Shown here: in pieces, positions 59,846 through 64,000 of the stretch
How positions within the stretch are numbered: the stretch's first letter is position 1
Layout of the letters: every line of letters starts with the position of its first letter
Origin: Candidatus Rokuibacteriota bacterium
GTDB taxonomy: Bacteria; Methylomirabilota; Methylomirabilia; Rokubacteriales; CSP1-6
NCBI GenBank assembly: GCA_003220225.1
Contig: QHRU01000049.1
Span: forward strand, 21,430 to 85,429
Direction: 5' to 3'
Length of the DNA: 64,000 nt
The notes under the pieces: generated by a model
Seen by the model: only the letters and a program-made list of their open reading frames with translations
The model's database searches: none
Told to the model about the DNA's origin: nothing
Translations under genes and position numbers: made by a program

Positions 59846-60834
59846 GACACGGTCTGCGCATCCCGTCGTTCGCGCTCGGTCCGAAGACGGCGACGCTGGA
59901 GGAGATGGGCCGCTATCTGCGCCGCGCCGAGGATCTGAGATTCGAGGCCGCGGTGACGATCGACCACCTGCTGCTGACGCCACCGGCCTACGCGACGACC
60001 TGGCTCGAGCCGCTGTCGATGCTGTCGGCGCTGGCCGGCGTGACGCGCACGATCCGTCTCGGCACGATGGTGCTCGTCCTGCCGCTGCGCAATCCCGTCT
60101 ATTTCGCCAAAGAGTGGGCGACCCTCGATCTGCTCTCGGGCGGCCGCTCGATCCTCGGCATCGGCGTGGGCTGGCACGAGGAAGAATTCGAGCTGATGGG
60201 CGTGCCCTACAAGGAGCGTGGGCCGCGCATGAACGAGGCGATCGAGGCGGTGTGCGCGCTGTGGGCGGGCGACCACGTCACCTACATGGGCAAGTTCTAT
60301 CGCTTCGAGAACCTGACCATCGACCCCAAGCCCGCGCAGAAGCCGCACCCGCCGATCTGGATCGGCGGCGGCACGCAGCCCTCCGAGAAGGTCTACGGCC
60401 AGACGGTGCCGAACATCGATCCCGTGCTCCGGCGCATCGCGAAGTACGCCGACACCTGGGTGCCGCACTCCTCGGCGACGCCGGAGATGGTGAAGGGCGA
60501 CTGGGACAAGGTGCAGCGCTTCGCGCGCGAGGCGGGGCGCGATCCGGCGAAGATCGGCCGCGTGTACTCCAACTTCGTCTGGGTCCTCGAGAAGGGCGAG
60601 AAGCCGGAGTCGGCGATCCCGCACTTCTCCGTCTACTCCGGCATGGACCTCGACTACTGGAAGACCTATTACCTGCTCGGCACCGCCGAGGAGGTGGCCG
60701 AGCGCATCAGCGCGCGCATCGCCGCGCTGGACCACGGCGTGGACTGGATCGTGCTCAATCCACTGAACTGGGGGCTCGAGCAACTGGAGCTGATCGCGGC
60801 CGAGGTGCTGCCCCGCGTGAAGGGCGGATCCTGA
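59842..60834 (+). CDS. LLM class F420/flavin-dependent oxidoreductase
   Basis: LLM TIM-barrel motifs. ATGA overlap with the upstream gene. Confidence 0.8.
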   Translation: MRHGLRIPSFALGPKTATLEEMGRYLRRAEDLRFEAAVTIDHLLLTPPAYATTWLEPLSMLSALAGVTRTIRLGTMVLVLPLRNPVYFAKEWATLDLLSGGRSILGIGVGWHEEEFELMGVPYKERGPRMNEAIEAVCALWAGDHVTYMGKFYRFENLTIDPKPAQKPHPPIWIGGGTQPSEKVYGQTVPNIDPVLRRIAKYADTWVPHSSATPEMVKGDWDKVQRFAREAGRDPAKIGRVYSNFVWVLEKGEKPESAIPHFSVYSGMDLDYWKTYYLLGTAEEVAERISARIAALDHGVDWIVLNPLNWGLEQLELIAAEVLPRVKGGS

Positions 60835-63140
60835 TCCGTTACACCGGCGCGCGCGTCAAACGGGTCGAGGACCCGCGGCTGCTCCGCGGCCGCGGGCGCT
60901 ACGTGGACGATCTCGTGCTCCCGCGCCTGCTCCACGTGGCGTTCGTGCGCAGCCCGCATGCCCACGCCGTCGTGCGCCGCCTCGACCCGAAAGCGGCGCA
61001 GGCGGTGGACGGCGTCGTCGCCGTCGTCGGCCCCGCCGACCTCCGCGCCCAGCCGCTGGCGCCCCAGCTGGCCGGCGATGGATTCCGGCCCACCGCGTGG
61101 CCGGCGCTGGCGAGCGAGCCGCGGTTCTGCGGGGAGGCGGTGGCGGCGGTCGTGGCCGCGTCCGCCTACGCGGCGGCCGACGGCGCCGAGCGCGTCGGCG
61201 TGGCCTACGACGTGCGTCCGGCGCGGGTCAGCCTCGAGCAGGCGCTCCGTGACGACGCGGTGTTGTTCCGCCGCACCCACCGCCGCGGCGACGTCGAGGC
61301 GGCGTTCGCCAGCGCGCCCGTCGTCGTCAACGAGACCTTCAGCCACGGCCGGCTCACCGCCTCGCCGCTGGAGCCGCGCGGCATCATCGCCGACTGGGAC
61401 GGCGAGACGCTCTCCGTGTGGGCCTCGAGCCAGACGCCGCGGATCATGCGCACGGCCCTGGCGGGCGCGCTCGGTCTGGACGAGACGCGGGTCCGCGTGC
61501 AGATCCCCGACGTCGGGGGCGGCTTCGGGCCCAAGATGCACGTGTTCCCCGAGGACGTGGCGGTGGCGGCGCTCGCGATGCGTCTGGGCCGCCCCGTGAA
61601 GTGGATCGAGCCGCGCCGCGAGAACCTCGCGGCCGCCTCGCAGGCCCGCGAGCAGCGGCTGGAGGTGGAGGTCGCGGCCGACGCCGGCGGCCGCGTGCTC
61701 GCGCTCAAGGCGCGGGTCGTGTCCGACGCCGGCGCCTATCACGTCTATCCGATCACGGCGGCGCTGGAGGCGCTCGGCACCGCCAACATCCTGCCGGGGC
61801 CGTACCTCACGCCCGTCTACGCCTACGAGGCGATCGCGGTCGCGACCAACAAGCCGCCGCTCGGCGCCTACCGCGGCGTGGGCATGACGATGGGCGCATT
61901 CGTGATGGAACGCCTCCTGGACCTGATCGCGGGGCGGACGGGACTCGATCCAGCAGACATTCGGCGGCGCAACTTGATTCCGCGGGAAGCCTACCCGTTC
62001 ACGTCGGCGAGCGGACAGCGCTACGACAGCGGAGACTACCCCAAGGCGCTCGAGCAGGCGCTGGCCGCCGTCGACTACGACGGGTTCCGCCGGGTGCAGG
62101 CCGAAGGGCGCGTTCGGGGTCGGCTGCTCGGGATCGGCCTGGCCTGCTACACGGAGTACACCGGCATGGGCTCCGCGGTCTTCCGTGGACGCGGGATGCG
62201 GGAGGTGCCGGGCATCGAGGCCGCCGTCGTGCGCGTCGAGCCCGACGGCACGGTGCGCTGCGCAACCTCGTTTCCCTCGCAGGGGCAGGGGCACGCCACG
62301 ACGATCGCGCAGATCCTCGCAGACCGTCTGGGCGTTGCGCTGGAGCGCATTCGCGTGGAGCCGGCCGACACGGCCGCCGCGCCGCTCGGCAGCGGCACCT
62401 TCGGCAGCCGGGGGGCCGTGTCCATCGGGGGCACGGTCACGGCGGCCGCGGAGCGCCTGCGGCCCCGGATCGCGGCGCTCGCCGCGCACCTGCTGGAGGC
62501 GGGCGTGGCCGACGTCGTGCTCGAGGACGGCCGGGCTCACGTGCGCGGCTTCCCGGAGCGAGCGGTGACGCTGACCGAGATCGCGCGCGCCGCGTACGCG
62601 CCGCTGTTCGGCGGCCTGCCGTCCGGGCTCGAGCCCGGGCTCGAGGCGACCGTGTATTTCGATCCGCCGGGGCCGACGTTCTCGGGCGCGGTCCACGTCG
62701 CGGTGGTCGAGATCGATCCCGAGACGGGGCGCGTCAGCATCCTGCGCTACGTGCTGGTGGAGGACTGCGGGCCTGTCGTGAATCCGACGATCGTCGAGGG
62801 CCAGATCCACGGCGCGGTGGCCCAGGGGATCGGCGAGGCGCTGCTCGAGCGGATCGTGTACGACGACACGGGCCAGCTCGTGACCGGCACCCTGATGGAC
62901 TACGCGCTTCCCACGGCCGGCGACGTGCCCTCGTTCGAGATCGGTCACCTCGAGACGCCGTCGCCGACGATGCCCGGTGGGATCAAAGGCATGGGCGAGG
63001 GCGGGACCATCGGCGCGCCCGCCGCCCTCGCGAACGCCGTCGCTGATGCCGTCGCGCCGCTCGGCGTCACCATCACCGCGCTGCCGATCGCCGCCGAGCG
63101 GCTCGCGCGGTTGCCACGTCCCCCACAGAGAAAGGTCTGA
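60831..63140 (+). CDS. xanthine dehydrogenase family molybdopterin-binding large subunit (CoxL-like)
   Basis: Homologous along its whole length to the CoxL-like protein at 12450-14816 (VKRVEDPRLLRGRG, GGGFG, AYRGVG, GEGG). No in-frame ATG, GTG or TTG start sits near the homologous N-terminus. The nearest candidate is CTG/ATC at 60831-60836. Confidence 0.78.
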   Translation: MIRYTGARVKRVEDPRLLRGRGRYVDDLVLPRLLHVAFVRSPHAHAVVRRLDPKAAQAVDGVVAVVGPADLRAQPLAPQLAGDGFRPTAWPALASEPRFCGEAVAAVVAASAYAAADGAERVGVAYDVRPARVSLEQALRDDAVLFRRTHRRGDVEAAFASAPVVVNETFSHGRLTASPLEPRGIIADWDGETLSVWASSQTPRIMRTALAGALGLDETRVRVQIPDVGGGFGPKMHVFPEDVAVAALAMRLGRPVKWIEPRRENLAAASQAREQRLEVEVAADAGGRVLALKARVVSDAGAYHVYPITAALEALGTANILPGPYLTPVYAYEAIAVATNKPPLGAYRGVGMTMGAFVMERLLDLIAGRTGLDPADIRRRNLIPREAYPFTSASGQRYDSGDYPKALEQALAAVDYDGFRRVQAEGRVRGRLLGIGLACYTEYTGMGSAVFRGRGMREVPGIEAAVVRVEPDGTVRCATSFPSQGQGHATTIAQILADRLGVALERIRVEPADTAAAPLGSGTFGSRGAVSIGGTVTAAAERLRPRIAALAAHLLEAGVADVVLEDGRAHVRGFPERAVTLTEIARAAYAPLFGGLPSGLEPGLEATVYFDPPGPTFSGAVHVAVVEIDPETGRVSILRYVLVEDCGPVVNPTIVEGQIHGAVAQGIGEALLERIVYDDTGQLVTGTLMDYALPTAGDVPSFEIGHLETPSPTMPGGIKGMGEGGTIGAPAALANAVADAVAPLGVTITALPIAAERLARLPRPPQRKV

Positions 63141-63146
63141 TCGCTC

Positions 63147-64000
63147 ATGGGCAAGCAGGATCTCGAGATCGCGCGCACGGTCACCCTCAAGCCGATCCAG
63201 GAGATCGGCGCCGCCGTCGGGCTGGCGCCGGGTGACCTGGAGCCCTACGGCCACTACAAGGCGAAGGTCGGCTGGGACGCCATCGCGCGCCGCCGCGACC
63301 ATCCCGACGGCGCGCTCGTGCTGGTGACCGCGATGACGCCGACGCCCGCGGGCGAGGGAAAGTCCACGACCACCGTGGGCCTCGCCGACGGCCTCCGGCG
63401 CCTGGGCAAGCGCGCGGTGGTCGCGCTGCGCGAGCCCTCGCTGGGCCCGGTGTTCGGCATGAAGGGCGGCGCGACGGGCGGCGGCCGCGCGCAGCTGGCG
63501 CCGATGGAGGACATCAACCTCCACTTCACGGGGGACATGCACGCGATCGGCGCCGCGCACAACCTCCTGGCCGCGATGCTCGACAACCATCTCACGCAGG
63601 GCAACGCCCTCGGGATCGACACGCGCCGCGTGCTGTTCAAGCGCGTCGTGGACATGAACGACCGCGCGCTGCGCAACATCGTGCTCGGCCTCGGCGGGCC
63701 GGCCCACGGCGTGCCGCGTGAGGGCGGCTTCGAGATCACCGTGGCCTCCGAGGTCATGGCCATTCTCTGTCTGTCCGCCGACCTCGTGGACTTCAAGGCG
63801 CGCGCCGGGCGCGTGGTCGTGGCCGAGACGGCCGACGGCGCTCCGGTCACCGCGGCCGATCTGCGGGCGGCGGGCGCCATGGCCGTGCTGATGAAGGACG
63901 CGATCAAGCCGAACCTCGTGCAGACGCTCGAGGGCACGCCGGCGCTGGTGCACGGCGGCCCCTTCGGCAACATCGCCCACGGCTGCAACTCGGTCATCGC
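63147..64000 (+). CDS. fhs: formate--tetrahydrofolate ligase, 3'-truncated by window edge
   Basis: Hand-translated: [12 protein letters not shown]...[15 protein letters not shown]...[13 protein letters not shown] (FTHFS signatures). Not in the ORF track because no stop codon falls inside the window. Confidence 0.88.
   Translation, partial: MGKQDLEIARTVTLKPIQEIGAAVGLAPGDLEPYGHYKAKVGWDAIARRRDHPDGALVLVTAMTPTPAGEGKSTTTVGLADGLRRLGKRAVVALREPSLGPVFGMKGGATGGGRAQLAPMEDINLHFTGDMHAIGAAHNLLAAMLDNHLTQGNALGIDTRRVLFKRVVDMNDRALRNIVLGLGGPAHGVPREGGFEITVASEVMAILCLSADLVDFKARAGRVVVAETADGAPVTAADLRAAGAMAVLMKDAIKPNLVQTLEGTPALVHGGPFGNIAHGCNSVI

Overview
This is a ~70% GC, densely coding bacterial chromosomal segment with about 70 protein-coding genes and no rRNA, tRNA or CRISPR array that I could detect. 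Genes were called from the ORF track, with starts re-placed by hand where the longest ORF was clearly an upstream high-GC artifact. Many long antisense or alternative-frame ORFs in the track are high-GC artifacts and were discarded. Taxonomy cannot be fixed from sequence alone. The F420/LLM-rich, Mo-hydroxylase-rich gene content resembles soil Actinobacteria, Chloroflexi or Rokubacteria-like genomes.

Gene content, in order along the window:
- 2-3417: housekeeping genes. A citrate synthase 3' fragment, a Gfo/Idh/MocA oxidoreductase, dapF and a LOG-family gene, with overlapping stop/start codons.
- 8527 down to 3543 (minus strand): a co-directional cluster. PolX (PHP-domain DNA polymerase), a polytopic membrane protein, a GAF sensor with a histidine-kinase dimerization/phosphoacceptor (DHp) domain but no ATPase domain, a small zinc-ribbon ORF, and a second membrane protein.
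- 10029-12493: a DUF898 (YjgN) membrane protein with an N-terminal zinc ribbon, followed by an M48 metallopeptidase.
- Three xanthine-dehydrogenase-family molybdopterin large subunits. One is a form-II CoxL-like orphan next to RidA. One is an IorAB-like pair with a TAT signal. One is CoxL-like and sits in front of formate-THF ligase.
- 29749-39202 (minus strand): a long translationally coupled catabolic operon of 8 genes. IorAB, Zn-ADH, LLM oxidoreductase, nitronate monooxygenase, acyl-CoA synthetase, a secreted amidohydrolase and a family III CoA-transferase.
- 39237-41801: an ECF sigma / anti-sigma pair upstream of the operon, with a divergent cupredoxin and a TAT-metallophosphoesterase.
- 43227-48874: an aromatic ring-cleavage cluster. 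Gentisate 1,2-dioxygenase, PPOX and LLM F420-type enzymes, a SnoaL-like protein, a formamidase, LigAB and a cupin.
- 50993-64000: a GntR regulator, a Liv-type ABC transporter with a fused permease, an enamidase-like amidohydrolase, DUF1015, DUF1185/AA_synth, an LLM oxidoreductase, a CoxL-like subunit and a partial fhs.
- Scattered genes: a DUF222-HNH endonuclease, NUDIX, DinB, two tandem acyl-CoA dehydrogenases, a PDZ/7TM/GAF class III adenylate cyclase with a short trypsin-like protein, PPi/ATP-PFK, a second PAS sensor lacking the ATPase domain, an OmpA lipoprotein, and an orphan HicB-like protein.
- Three copies of a GC-rich REP/MITE-like intergenic repeat with G5-6/C5-6 hairpins. One copy carries a 4 x 45-bp tandem array and abuts a truncated PIG-L deacetylase remnant.
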